The position numbers were made by a program, and so were the translations under genes. 64,000 bases of DNA from Terriglobia bacterium. GTDB lineage: Bacteria > Acidobacteriota > Terriglobia > JAJPHL01 > JAPKYU01. Below, one piece after another: positions 20,281 through 30,102 of the stretch; position 1 is the stretch's first letter; every line of letters begins with the position of its first letter. The stretch is taken from positions 832,001-896,000 of the forward strand of contig CBDBKE010000004.1 of NCBI GenBank assembly GCA_965206645.1, read 5' to 3'. Under the pieces are notes generated by a model. That model worked only from the letters and a program-made list of their open reading frames with translations. It was not told the DNA's origin and made no database searches.

Positions 20281-21561
20281 ATGACCCAAGAAACCGCGTT
20301 CGAAATGGCAACTTCCAGCATCCGGTTTGGCCGGGGAGTCACCCGGGAGATTGGCATGGATCTCCTCGAAATGAAAGTAAAGCGGGTGATGGTGCTCACG
20401 GACCCGGTGTTGGGAAAGTTATCCCCGATGGCTCGGGTTCTCCAATCTTTGAACGACAACAAGGTTGAATTCAGCTTGTTCGACCGGGTTCGCGTTGAAC
20501 CAACCGATGAATCTTTCAAAGACGCGATTAAGTTTGCAAGCAGTGGAAGGTTCGAAGGCTTCGTCGCAGTGGGCGGCGGGTCCACTATCGACACGGCCAA
20601 AGCGGCGAACCTCTACTCCACTTACCCACCTTCAGATTTTCTGGACTATGTGAACCCTCCCCTTGGGAAGGGGATGCCGGTTCCCGGCTCTTTGAAGCCG
20701 TTGATCGCGGTCCCAACCACGGCCGGCACCGGAAGCGAGACAACCGGAGTGGCGATCTTCGACCTAGCGAAGTTGCATGCCAAGACCGGGATTGCGCACC
20801 GCCGCTTAAAGCCCATGCTCGGCCTGCTCGACCCTGACAACACTCGAACATTGCCTCCACAGGTTGCCGCTTCGGCAGGGCTGGACGTGCTGAGTCACGC
20901 TGTCGAGTCATATACAGCAGTGCCGTTTCATCGGCGTCCCATACCGGAGCGCCCCGTCCTTCGCCCTGCCTATCAAGGTTCCAATCCGATTAGTGACATC
21001 TGGGCCCTCGAAGCACTGCGAATGGTCTCGCGCTACCTGCCTCGAGCGGTCGAAGATCCGAGCGACGAGGAAGCACGTGCCCAGATGTTGCTTGCGGCTT
21101 CCTACGCCGGCATCGGATTCGGAAACGCAGGCGTTCACTTGCCGCACGGCATGTCTTACGCGGTTTCAGGGATGGTGCGCGACTTTCGTCCTGATGGCTA
21201 CGTGATAGATCACCCTCTGGTGCCGCACGGCATTTCCGTGATTCTGAACTCTCCGGCGGTGTTCCGCTTTACGGCGCAGGCCTGCCCGGAGCGTCACCTG
21301 CGGGCCGCAGAGCTGCTGGGGGCGGATGTCTCTCGAGCGAATGCGGCGGATGCAGGAAAGATCCTGGCTGATCGGATCACTTTTTTCATGAAACGCCTGA
21401 AAGTCCCGAACGGGTTGAAGGCACTGGGATACGGTTCGGATGACATCCCCAAGCTGGTCGAAGGGACACTGCCCCAACATCGCGTCACCAAATTGTCGCC
21501 ACGCCAGGCCGGGCGAGAGGAGCTTGCCCGGCTCTTTGAGAATGCGCTTGTAGCTTGGTAA
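20281..21561 (+). CDS. Hydroxyacid-oxoacid transhydrogenase (Fe-ADH family)
   Basis: GGGSTIDTAK, PTTAGTGSETT, RPAYQGSNP, GVHLPHGMSY. Confidence 0.9.
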   Translation: MTQETAFEMATSSIRFGRGVTREIGMDLLEMKVKRVMVLTDPVLGKLSPMARVLQSLNDNKVEFSLFDRVRVEPTDESFKDAIKFASSGRFEGFVAVGGGSTIDTAKAANLYSTYPPSDFLDYVNPPLGKGMPVPGSLKPLIAVPTTAGTGSETTGVAIFDLAKLHAKTGIAHRRLKPMLGLLDPDNTRTLPPQVAASAGLDVLSHAVESYTAVPFHRRPIPERPVLRPAYQGSNPISDIWALEALRMVSRYLPRAVEDPSDEEARAQMLLAASYAGIGFGNAGVHLPHGMSYAVSGMVRDFRPDGYVIDHPLVPHGISVILNSPAVFRFTAQACPERHLRAAELLGADVSRANAADAGKILADRITFFMKRLKVPNGLKALGYGSDDIPKLVEGTLPQHRVTKLSPRQAGREELARLFENALVAW

Positions 21562-21795
21562 CAGCTATTCCTCTCTCCTAGTCTTGAACCGTCTCGCCGA
21601 TTCTCCTGAAGCGAACAGAATGGAAAGAAAGAACCCTTGAGCCTGCCGACGTCGTTAGAGATGAGCTTGAGTCGGCAGGGCGGCTGGCGTATGCTCTTGG
21701 GCGAGGGGCGAAGTCAAATCGGAAATTCCACGTAAAACAGGCTCCGTGAAGGTTTGAGTATGCGGAACTGAATCATCCCGCGAAAGGCGCTGTTA

Positions 21796-22257
21796 TTGAC
21801 GGCTGCCCTTTCCTTGTTTCTGCCGTTTCGGGTCTCTGCCCAACAACCCGATCTGGCTCGCGAAGCGGTGACGCTTCTGGAAGCCAACTGCATCGCTTGC
21901 CATGGCAGTTCTCAAATGTCAGGCCTGGACATGCGGCAGAGGGGAACCCTGCTGAAGGGAGGAAGCAGGGGGCCTGCAATCAAACCCGGCAATACGCGGG
22001 AAAGCCTGCTCTTTCAGGCGGTCTCGCACCGGGGCGCGTTAAAAATGCCGCCCGACAGCAAGTCACCCCTTCCGTTGGAAGAGCTGGCCGTTTTGAAGAA
22101 GTGGATTGAAGCTGGTGCTCCCTGGCCCAAAGAGGAGGCCCAGCGGGCCGAATCCACCTGGTGGGCGTTTCGAAAAGCACAACGGCCAGCCGTGCCGCAG
22201 CCCAAGGCGACAAGTCCTCCCCGAAGAGCCTGTAGGGTACCCCGCGCATGGGCTTAG
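21796..22257 (+). pseudogene. Truncated Planctomycete-type cytochrome c (PSCyt1/PSD1) protein
   Basis: CIACH heme motif, GLDMR, MPP, WIEAGA, WWAF..RPAVP, then similarity is lost. Confidence 0.7.
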
Positions 22258-22721
22258 GACAACACAAAACGAGCGGGGACACGCAGCAGAATTGGAATTC
22301 ACCAACTTGCGATGGGGTATACGGCTATATGTTGGTCGACTGTGTGCCGCCGAAGCCGGATTGGAAGACTATGCTCATGAGTTTGATCACCTTCATGAAG
22401 CACTGGAGAAAATGATCCGCGCTGCAGGATGGGTGAAGCTCGCGCCGGCCGCCAGGCCTGCCCTATGAAAGAGAGCAATTGTCTGCCGCCGCGCGTATTC
22501 GTGAGCCTGCTTTACTTGAGCCGGTCGGACCCATCCGCCAATCACTTCACACGAAGGACTGGTGCCAGGCCTAACCCCGCGGGAAAGCGAATCGGAAGAA
22601 ACGGCTTTCCCGGCCGAAGCGGTTCGGGGCTTGGACACGGTTTTCGGTACAGTTTGTTACCAGGGCGTTACCGGGCCTGCCAGCCTGCCGGAGCCAGAAC
22701 CCGTAAGTGTAGGAGTAGGAG

Positions 22722-22799
22722 TGGTGTCCCCAGCGGGATTCGAACCCGCGTTTCCGCCTTGAAAGGGCGATGTCCTAGGCCGGGCTAGACGATAGGGAC
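22722..22799 (-). tRNA. tRNA-Glu (TTC)
   Basis: GTCCCTATCGTCTAGCCCGGCCTAGGACATCGCCCTTTCAAGGCGGAAACGCGGGTTCGAATCCCGCTGGGGACACCA. Confidence 0.95.
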
Positions 22800-22809
22800 C
22801 AGTCTGCCT

Positions 22810-22839
22810 ATCGTACCGAGGCCCAACACCCTCAGTCAA
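22810..22839 (-). promoter_or_regulatory. tRNA-Glu promoter
   Basis: TTGACT-N18-TACGAT on the minus strand; IS21 copy 2 sits about 9 bp upstream of the -35. Confidence 0.6.
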
Positions 22840-23038
22840 TCAGTCGAGTGTCAAGGGCGGAGTAAAACTAGACCACTCCGGCGGAGAGAAAGTAGACCAG
22901 TTCAGGGGTGGTGGAAGCTTTGATTTGAGAGGGAGTTGCGGGGGCGGTTGGAGCGGAGGCCTGCGACGCCCGCAGGGCGGCGCGGTTAGGCCGGAGTGGA
23001 AGCCGCCCTCGCAACTCGTCGCCCAGTATTGGGTGAGA

Positions 23039-23803
23039 TCAGGCGCGAGGCTTTCCGGAACGCCTTCGTTTGCTGTCCTTGAGCCGGTAACTTTCCCCGT
23101 TCATCTCCAGGATGTGGACATGGTGGGTGAGACGATCCAGCAGGGCTCCGGTCAGCCGCTCCGATCCGAAGGCCTCCGTCCATTCGTTGAACGGCAGGTT
23201 GCTGGTCACCACGGTGGCGCTGCGTTCGTAGCGCCGGCTGAAGACCTCAAACAGCAACTCCGCCCCAGTCTTGGATAGCGGCACGAAACCCAGCTCGTCA
23301 ATGATCAACAGCTCGAAACTGGAGAGCATCTTCTGGAACCGCATCAGGCGCCGCTCGTCCTTGGCCTCGATCAGCTCATGCGCCAGGGAGGCCGCCGTAG
23401 TGAACCGGACCCGGAACCCTTTCTGACAGGCGGCCAGTCCCAGCGCCAACGCAATGTGGGTTTTTCCCGTGCCCGAGTTCCCTAAAGCCAGGATGTTCTC
23501 CTTGCGTTCGATGAACTCGCCTCGGGCCAGCTCGAGCACCAAGGCCTTATTCAGCGACGGAAGGGCCAGGAAATCGAAACTGTCGAGGCTCTTCACCACG
23601 TCGAACCTGGCTTGGTGAATGCGCCGCTCGGTGGCGCGCCGTTCCCGGTCCAGCAGCTCCAGCTCCGTCAACCGCAGCAGGTAGCGCGGGAAGTCCACGC
23701 CCTCGGCAGCGCACTGCTGCGCCACCTTGTCGTACTCACGCAAAAAGGTGGGTAATTGCAGGGCCTTCAGATGGTGTTCCAGCAACACCTGGGGCGTGTC
23801 CAT
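23039..23803 (-). CDS. istB: IS21 helper ATPase IstB
   Basis: Walker A/B motifs, intact TSN motif. Confidence 0.94.
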   Translation of the reverse strand: MDTPQVLLEHHLKALQLPTFLREYDKVAQQCAAEGVDFPRYLLRLTELELLDRERRATERRIHQARFDVVKSLDSFDFLALPSLNKALVLELARGEFIERKENILALGNSGTGKTHIALALGLAACQKGFRVRFTTAASLAHELIEAKDERRLMRFQKMLSSFELLIIDELGFVPLSKTGAELLFEVFSRRYERSATVVTSNLPFNEWTEAFGSERLTGALLDRLTHHVHILEMNGESYRLKDSKRRRSGKPRA

Positions 23804-25302
23804 CAGCAGACTCCTTCCCGGAGCAGGGTCAGATAGTCGGCGGCGGCTGTGGTGGCCACCTGCGTCGCCGGCAGGTGCGGATAGTGCTCCAGGTCCAGCC
23901 GCGCCGGCCGCTGCTCGATCCGGCCCAGCAGCAGATGCTTGACCGCGTCAGACCAGATCGCCCCCAGCCGCAAGGCGTCCTCGACGGCCAGCGACACTTC
24001 CGTCCAACGGAACGTCTCCAGCCGTCGCAGGACCTGCACATACTCCCGCTTGCCCTTCTTGCCTAACCGCGCCTCCATCAGCCGCCGCAGTTGCGCGAAG
24101 CCTTCCGGCAACTCCCAGCCGGCCAGGGGGGCGGCCTGGTTCAACGCGTTCGGCTTCTGCTCCAGCAGCGCCAGATAGTGCAACGGATCGAAGATCATCT
24201 CTTCCCGTTCCTAGCTCCGGACATGGCGTGCGATCACTTCGCTCGCTGCACAGATCACCACTTCCTCGACGAATCCCTTCACCAGCACCTCCCGGTGCCC
24301 CCAAGCCACCGGCACCGAATAGTCGTTGGATCGATACCGCACCAGCGACAGTGACGTCACCCGTGTGGTCCGTTTGTCGCAGGCCTCATAGGGCGTCGCC
24401 GGCAGGGGCAGCAGCCTCTGTTGATCCTTCGCGAACCGCTCGCCGATCGTCTCTTGATGTCCTCGCAGACGCCGCTCTCGCCGCCGGGTGCACTGTTCCC
24501 GCAGCTTCGCGTGCAACTCCTCCCAGCTGGCACACCGCGGCACCGGCACCAGGAAGTTCCGCCGCACGTAACCCACTAGTCCTTCCACTTTCCCTTTGTC
24601 ATTGCCCTTGCCCGGTCGTCCGAACTTCTCCGCAAACAGGTAGTGACTCTGCAGTTCGGAGAACGCCCGCGTCTTGTTCCGTGTTCCGTCACCCAGGATC
24701 TGCCTCACCGCCAGCTTGGTGTTGTCGTACAGGATCGTGCGAGGCACTCCGCCGAAGTAGCCGAACGCCTGGTTGTGCCCTTCTAAGAACGCTTCGGTCG
24801 TCTCAGCCGGAAACGCCATCACGAAGCAGTCGTCCGATTGCGGCAGCTCCATCACGAAATAGTGCGCCTTGCGCTCCACCCCGCCGATCACCACTTGCGC
24901 TTCGCCAAAGTCGGCCTGGGCCTCCCCCGGTGGATGCTCTAGCGGCACGAACATCTCCCGCTGGCTCAGCTTCCGCAGCCGCACGTAGTCCTTCACGATG
25001 GTGTAGCCGCCCGGGAATCCGTGCTCCTCCCGCAGCCGCTCAAAAACCCGCTTGGCCGTGTGGCGTTGCTTCTTGCTCTGGGCCTTATCTTGCTCCAGGA
25101 TCTGGTCGATGATCCCCACCCAGGCATCCAGCTTCGGCCGCCGCGCCGGCTGCTGCCGCCGATAGCCCGGAGGGATCGAGTACCGCAGCATCTTGCGGAC
25201 CGTCTCGCGGGCTAGCCCGAACTGCCGCGCCGCCTCCCGTTCACTGATCCCCTCAGCCTGAACTGCTCGTCGAACACGCGCATAGAGTTCCACTGTGTGC
25301 AC
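23803..25302 (-). CDS. istA: IS21 transposase IstA interrupted by an in-frame TAG at 24211-24213
   Basis: Same translation as copy 1, including the stop. Confidence 0.88.
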
Positions 25303-25540
25303 ACCTCCGGTGTTTCACAAAACACATCAGAATCACAATGTTTGATGGAATCGAACTGCGCTGGTCTAATTTTGCACCGCCAGAAACCGCCGCTTACGCG
25401 GCGCTCCCTGGTCTATTATTGCTCCGGCGTTCATAGTCGAGGACGAGCAAGGTACCAGGAGCCACACAGGGAACCCGGCGCGAACGACCGCCGCCCCCTC
25501 GGCACGACGCCATAACGCGCAACCTACTACGTCCTCAACT

Positions 25541-26902
25541 TCAGTCGGCCCCCGGCGCCAGGGAACGCGTTGCCGTTGCCGGCATGGCGACTTCGGGGAG
25601 TTCAATCTCAACCCGAGTTCCCCGCCCCGGCTGGGAAATAATGTGAAACCCGAAGTCAGTGCCGTAGAGCACCCGGAGGCGTTCCTGGACGTTGCTGAGG
25701 CCGATACCGCGACCGGCCGCCTGGGCCAGGGTCTCGCTCAGCATCCCGACGCCGTTGTCTTCCACCTCCAGCAGCAGCCGGCCATCGCGGTACGTGCTGT
25801 GAATCCGCACCACCCCGCCCGCCAACCGCGGGCTGAGCCCGTGCCGGATGCTGTTTTCCACAATGGGCTGCAGGATCATGCTGGGCAACTGCATCTCCAG
25901 CGTCTCCTGGTCCAGTTCTTTGACAATCTGCAGCTTCTCGTCGCCGAAACGCACTACCTCGATATCGAGGTAGTCGTCGATGAAGGCAAGCTCCTCGCTG
26001 AGCGAGGTGAACGTCTCCTGTCGGCGCAGCAGCCGTCGCAGGATGTTGGAGAGCTTCTGAATCATCCGGCGGGCCAGCTCCGGATCCAGCCGAGTCAGCG
26101 AAGAGATGGAATTCAAAGCATTGAACAAGAAGTGGGGGTGCATCTGGCTGGTGAGGGCGTCCATGCGCGCTTCCACCAGCAGGCGGCGGTGCTCCTCCAG
26201 CATGATCTCGTTACGGGTGTTGTTCCAGATCTTGATCGGGATAGCCACACAAGCAATGCTGGCGAACACGATGGCCACCTTCAGCAGGTTGTTGTCCGAG
26301 TCGAGGTAAAACAGCAGGTTGTTGACCGGATTCAGGTAGTACAGACGCCCCTCGGAGGCCCGACCGAGCAGCAGGCAGCCGGCCTGGAGCGCAACAATAA
26401 AAAGGAAGAACATCATCTGCCAGTCGCCGCGGGGCTTGCCGAAGCGGTGCCGGTACCAGCGGTAGATGTTCATGTCCACAAACGGAGAGAAGTGCCAGAT
26501 CTCTTCCACTTCTGGGGAGAGGCGGCGGGCCACCCCGCCCAGCACGCCGACGATCACAAACAAGGGCAGGGCCACAAACTGGCCATTGAGCAAGGCGGGC
26601 AGCGCCACCAGGGCCCCGGCCACGGCCCCCGCTAGATGGCCGCCCAGCAAGCCGGCCAGCAGGGCGCCTTCCACGCTCAAATCCGGCGCCTTGTACTTCA
26701 GGATGACCCGCACGGCCACTCCCAGTCCAAAGGCCACCCCTAAGAACAATCCCAGCTGCAGGCTCTGAGCCAGGGCACGCCGTTCCCGGAACAGCAGCGC
26801 TTTGAACGACCCGGAGCGCACCAGGATGCTGGCCAGGGAAGCCACGACCCCAACTTTTACCAGCAGTGTGACCAGCAGTTGCTGTTGAGATTCCAAACCC
26901 AT
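25541..26902 (-). CDS. LytS/YehU-type sensor histidine kinase
   Basis: Multi-TM N-terminus; SQMHPHFLFNALNSI, QPIVENSIRHG, EDNGVG, GIGLSNV. Confidence 0.92.
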   Translation of the reverse strand: MGLESQQQLLVTLLVKVGVVASLASILVRSGSFKALLFRERRALAQSLQLGLFLGVAFGLGVAVRVILKYKAPDLSVEGALLAGLLGGHLAGAVAGALVALPALLNGQFVALPLFVIVGVLGGVARRLSPEVEEIWHFSPFVDMNIYRWYRHRFGKPRGDWQMMFFLFIVALQAGCLLLGRASEGRLYYLNPVNNLLFYLDSDNNLLKVAIVFASIACVAIPIKIWNNTRNEIMLEEHRRLLVEARMDALTSQMHPHFLFNALNSISSLTRLDPELARRMIQKLSNILRRLLRRQETFTSLSEELAFIDDYLDIEVVRFGDEKLQIVKELDQETLEMQLPSMILQPIVENSIRHGLSPRLAGGVVRIHSTYRDGRLLLEVEDNGVGMLSETLAQAAGRGIGLSNVQERLRVLYGTDFGFHIISQPGRGTRVEIELPEVAMPATATRSLAPGAD

Positions 26903-27011
26903 CGCAGGTTGTGAGTCAGCCGATACCGGGCCAGACCCAGCGGCTCGGCCTTCCGGATTCAATCACGGCCCGGCTCAATTCACGCTGCATGCATTATAAT
27001 GGCGAACGAGC

Positions 27012-27620
27012 ATGGAAGCACAGCCCACGGCGGCAGTCCAAAAGGTCGGAGAGGCGGATTTCCCCACCCGCTACGGGCGTTTCCGCATTTTCGGGTTTCG
27101 GCAAGGAGACGAGGCCGCAGTGGCATTGGTCATGGGCGAGCCGGCGGCGGCCGAAGCACCCCTGGTGCGGATTCATTCCCAATGCCTCACCGGGGACGTA
27201 TTTGGTTCACTTCGTTGCGACTGCCGGGACCAGCTCGAATTGTCCCTCCAGAACATCGCGGCCGAGGGTTGCGGCCTGCTCATTTACGAGCACAAGGAAG
27301 GGCGCGGAATCGGACTGATGAACAAGCTGCAAGCCTATGAGCTGCAGGACCATGGCGTGGACACGGTGGAGGCCAACCGGCGCCTGGGCTTTGCCGCTGA
27401 CCTGCGCAACTATGCCCTGCCGGCCGCCATCTTGCGCCACCTCGGAGTGGGCGCTGTCCGCCTGCTTTCCAACAACCCCCACAAGGTCCGGGCGCTGGAG
27501 GAGGCCGACATCCGGGTGCGGGAGCGCGTCGCCTGCGAGGCCGAGGCCCATGGATCACGCCGCAACTACCTGGAAACCAAACGAGACAAACTGGGCCACC
27601 TGCTGAACGAGCTCGACTAG
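27012..27620 (+). CDS. ribA: GTP cyclohydrolase II
   Basis: VRIHSQCLTGDVFGSLRCDC, EGRGIGL. Confidence 0.95.
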   Translation: MEAQPTAAVQKVGEADFPTRYGRFRIFGFRQGDEAAVALVMGEPAAAEAPLVRIHSQCLTGDVFGSLRCDCRDQLELSLQNIAAEGCGLLIYEHKEGRGIGLMNKLQAYELQDHGVDTVEANRRLGFAADLRNYALPAAILRHLGVGAVRLLSNNPHKVRALEEADIRVRERVACEAEAHGSRRNYLETKRDKLGHLLNELD

Positions 27621-27697
27621 TGGGTGGGTAGAACGACTGAGGGCTCTGCCCGGCCTCCTGCGATCGAAGAATCTCTTTCTGGGCTGTTGCGGGTGGT

Positions 27698-28198
27698 TCA
27701 GGCCTCACGGCGGCGGCCACGAGCGGCAGCGCCGCGGACTGGCAGCTCGCGCTCGGGCCGCTTGCGGAACATGTCTCCCTGCTTGAACTCAGCCGCCAAG
27801 CGCCTCACCTGGTCGCTGATGCAGACCGAGATGACGGGCTGGCGCGAGTTTTTCAACAAGTCCACGATCTTGCGCTGGCTGTCCTCCAGGAAGATGTTGC
27901 GGCCGTCGGTCAGCAGGTGATATTCGGAACTGGGGCGCAGCACGTCGGAGAGGCGCCGCCCGAGCTCGCGGTGCAGGAACCGCAGCACCCGGCGAATCTT
28001 CTGCAGGGAAAAGCCCTTGGTGCGCAGCTCGGCAATCACCGACACTTCGATCAGCTCTTCCAGCCGATAGCGGCGCCGGTGCCCCTGGTGCTCGGGGGAA
28101 ACGACTCCGCGCTCATCCCACCACTGCAGTTGGCGGGGAGTGACACGAGCCAGGGCGGCGACTTCTTCGCTGGAGAAATTTTGGTCCGAGCGAAACAT
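27698..28198 (-). CDS. MerR family transcriptional regulator
   Basis: EVAALARVTPRQLQWWDERG...RRRY; TTGACA-N18-TAACTT promoter at 28222-28251. Confidence 0.85.
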   Translation of the reverse strand: MFRSDQNFSSEEVAALARVTPRQLQWWDERGVVSPEHQGHRRRYRLEELIEVSVIAELRTKGFSLQKIRRVLRFLHRELGRRLSDVLRPSSEYHLLTDGRNIFLEDSQRKIVDLLKNSRQPVISVCISDQVRRLAAEFKQGDMFRKRPERELPVRGAAARGRRREA

Positions 28199-28308
28199 TT
28201 CCTAAGCTCCGTGTTTGAAACAAGTTAGCTGGCCACTGTTAGCGCTGTCAAGCAGAAAAACGAACCTGGGATTGACTACCCGGAAACACCCGGGAGGACT
28301 CCGGCCAA

Positions 28309-28512
28309 CTAGCCGCCCCCCACAAACTGTACAATTTCCACCTGGTCGCCTTCCTCCAACTGCACCGCCGACCAGCGGACCCGGTGGACCACTTCGTGAT
28401 TGTGCTCGATGGCCACCCGATCCTCCGAGAGCTCCAGAAGGCGCACCAGAGCATCCAGGGAGATACCCTCCGGCACCGAGCGAACTTCCCCATTCACGGA
28501 AATCGCAATCAC
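28309..28512 (-). CDS. thiS: Sulfur carrier protein ThiS
   Basis: VNGE...VAIEHN...GDQVEIVQFVGGG. Confidence 0.93.
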   Translation of the reverse strand: MIAISVNGEVRSVPEGISLDALVRLLELSEDRVAIEHNHEVVHRVRWSAVQLEEGDQVEIVQFVGGG

Positions 28513-28526
28513 TTGCGCGCCCCAAC

Positions 28527-29129
28527 CTACTCCTCGGGATGGCGCAGGAGCCGAAACTTTAAAACCTCGGAGGCACCTCCGGCGGCGGCGTGGAACAGCA
28601 CCACTCCTTCCTCCGCCGCAGGGGGATCGAAGCGGATCTCGGCTATCCCCTCGGCCGATGTGGTGGTCTCGCCGCGCGTTTCCTGTTCCTCGCCGGGTGC
28701 GAGCACCGCGTGGACCACGGCGTCGGAAAGCGGCTGGCCGTTGACCCGGGCTCGGACCCGCAGCTGGAACAGCAACCGACCGTCTTGCACGATGTCGCGC
28801 GCGTTGGTCAGCTCCAGCGCCGGGGATGCCGGAGCGGCGGGGGCCGGAGCGGGCTGTTTCGCCGGCGCCGGCGGTGGAGGCTTCTCGGGTTCCACGTACG
28901 TCCCTCCCCGGATGGCTTCCACCAGTTTGCGGTGCTGCCGCTTCACCATCTCCTGCAGTTGCTCCGTTTTCGTTTCGCCGGGCTGGTAAGATGTCCGGCG
29001 GCGATCCACGATTCGGCCTCCCCTGTAGATGACCGAATCAATCACCGGGTGCTTTTCTCCGCGGTCTTCTGTCTGCACGTGGTAAACGGTGTCTCCCGCT
29101 TTGACGTCCGTGTTGTAGCCGAAAATCAT
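28527..29129 (-). CDS. Conserved hypothetical protein
   Basis: MIFGYNTDVK...YHVQTEDRG N-terminal domain, Pro/Ala linker, beta-rich C-terminal domain. Confidence 0.7.
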   Translation of the reverse strand: MIFGYNTDVKAGDTVYHVQTEDRGEKHPVIDSVIYRGGRIVDRRRTSYQPGETKTEQLQEMVKRQHRKLVEAIRGGTYVEPEKPPPPAPAKQPAPAPAAPASPALELTNARDIVQDGRLLFQLRVRARVNGQPLSDAVVHAVLAPGEEQETRGETTTSAEGIAEIRFDPPAAEEGVVLFHAAAGGASEVLKFRLLRHPEE

Positions 29130-29248
29130 CTCGCGGGCCCCAACTTGCAAATTTGTTCGCCCAACAGTATAGTGCCCTGGTTTAGGCCTCTGCTCTTGGG
29201 GGGCGCCATTATACCCAACGTCTCCTACGAGCGGCACAGGATTATGCC

Positions 29249-29635
29249 ATGACGGGCACCTACTTGGAAAGCTACTTCCCCGTGCTATTGCACGGCATCT
29301 TCGTATTCGTCATTGCGGGGGGCATGCTGGCAGCTTCCTCACTGATCGGGCGGCACGTTCCGACACCGGCCAAGCTCACCCCCTACGAGTCGGGCATGGT
29401 GCCGGTGGGCGATACGCGCCAGCGGTTCAGCGTCAAGTTTTACCTGGTGGCCATGCTGTTCATCCTGTTCGACGTGGAAGCCGTATTCCTCTACCCATGG
29501 GCGGTCATCTTGCGCGAGTTGAAGTTGTTTGGATTCGTGGAGATGATGATCTACATGGTCGTCATCTTCTCCGGGTTCGTCTACATCTGGAAGAAGGGCG
29601 CGCTGGACTGGTCTCAGGCGGGCCCTGGTGAATAA
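29249..29635 (+). CDS. nuoA: NADH-quinone oxidoreductase subunit A
   Basis: PYESG, FYLVAMLFILFDVE, KKGALDW. Confidence 0.95.
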   Translation: MTGTYLESYFPVLLHGIFVFVIAGGMLAASSLIGRHVPTPAKLTPYESGMVPVGDTRQRFSVKFYLVAMLFILFDVEAVFLYPWAVILRELKLFGFVEMMIYMVVIFSGFVYIWKKGALDWSQAGPGE

Positions 29636-30102
29636 TGGTTCCCCGCCAGATCCAGCAGTTCCCCGAGGCCGCGGCGCTCGAAGCGTACGACCCCTCGATA
29701 CTGGTCGGGGGGCGGGACGATCGCGGGGAGCTGACTCTGGAGGTGGCCCCCAACAAGATCGCGGCTGCTTGCGAATGGTTCCGCGCCCGCGACTATCCTC
29801 TACTGTCCAGCATCACAGCCACTGACGGGTATCCGGTCGAGCCGCGGTTCCGCCTCGTCTACCAACTGTACTCCCTCACCGAGTTCAAGCACCTACGTCT
29901 GGTGGCGCAGGTGGGAGGCGAAGAGCCGCAGGTGGATTCGGTGATTTCGGTGTGGCCGGCGGCTGACTGGTACGAACGCGAGATGTTCGACCTGTTCGGA
30001 GTGCGCTTCCGCGGCCATCCGAATCTCAAGCGCATTCTGATGCCGGAGGATTGGGAGGGCCATCCGTTGCGCAAGGATTTTCCCACCGAGGGGATTCGCT
30101 AA
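29635..30102 (+). CDS. nuoC: NADH-quinone oxidoreductase subunit C
   Basis: WYEREMFDLFGV.F.GHPNLKRIL, GHPLRKDFP. Confidence 0.95.
   Translation: MVPRQIQQFPEAAALEAYDPSILVGGRDDRGELTLEVAPNKIAAACEWFRARDYPLLSSITATDGYPVEPRFRLVYQLYSLTEFKHLRLVAQVGGEEPQVDSVISVWPAADWYEREMFDLFGVRFRGHPNLKRILMPEDWEGHPLRKDFPTEGIR

Larger units (their letters stand above)
22849..25435 (-). mobile_element. IS21 family element, copy 2, with 6-bp target duplication
   Basis: GTCGAG at 22843-22848 and 25436-25441; same ends as copy 1. Confidence 0.95.

Noticed and set aside
22258-22720. Integrase remnant next to tRNA-Glu
   Set aside because: No catalytic motifs were recognisable in the listed frames.
3463-25435. Composite transposon bounded by the two IS21 copies
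   Set aside because: The outer flanks (TTCCGG, GTCGAG) do not match, and copy 2 has its own target duplication.
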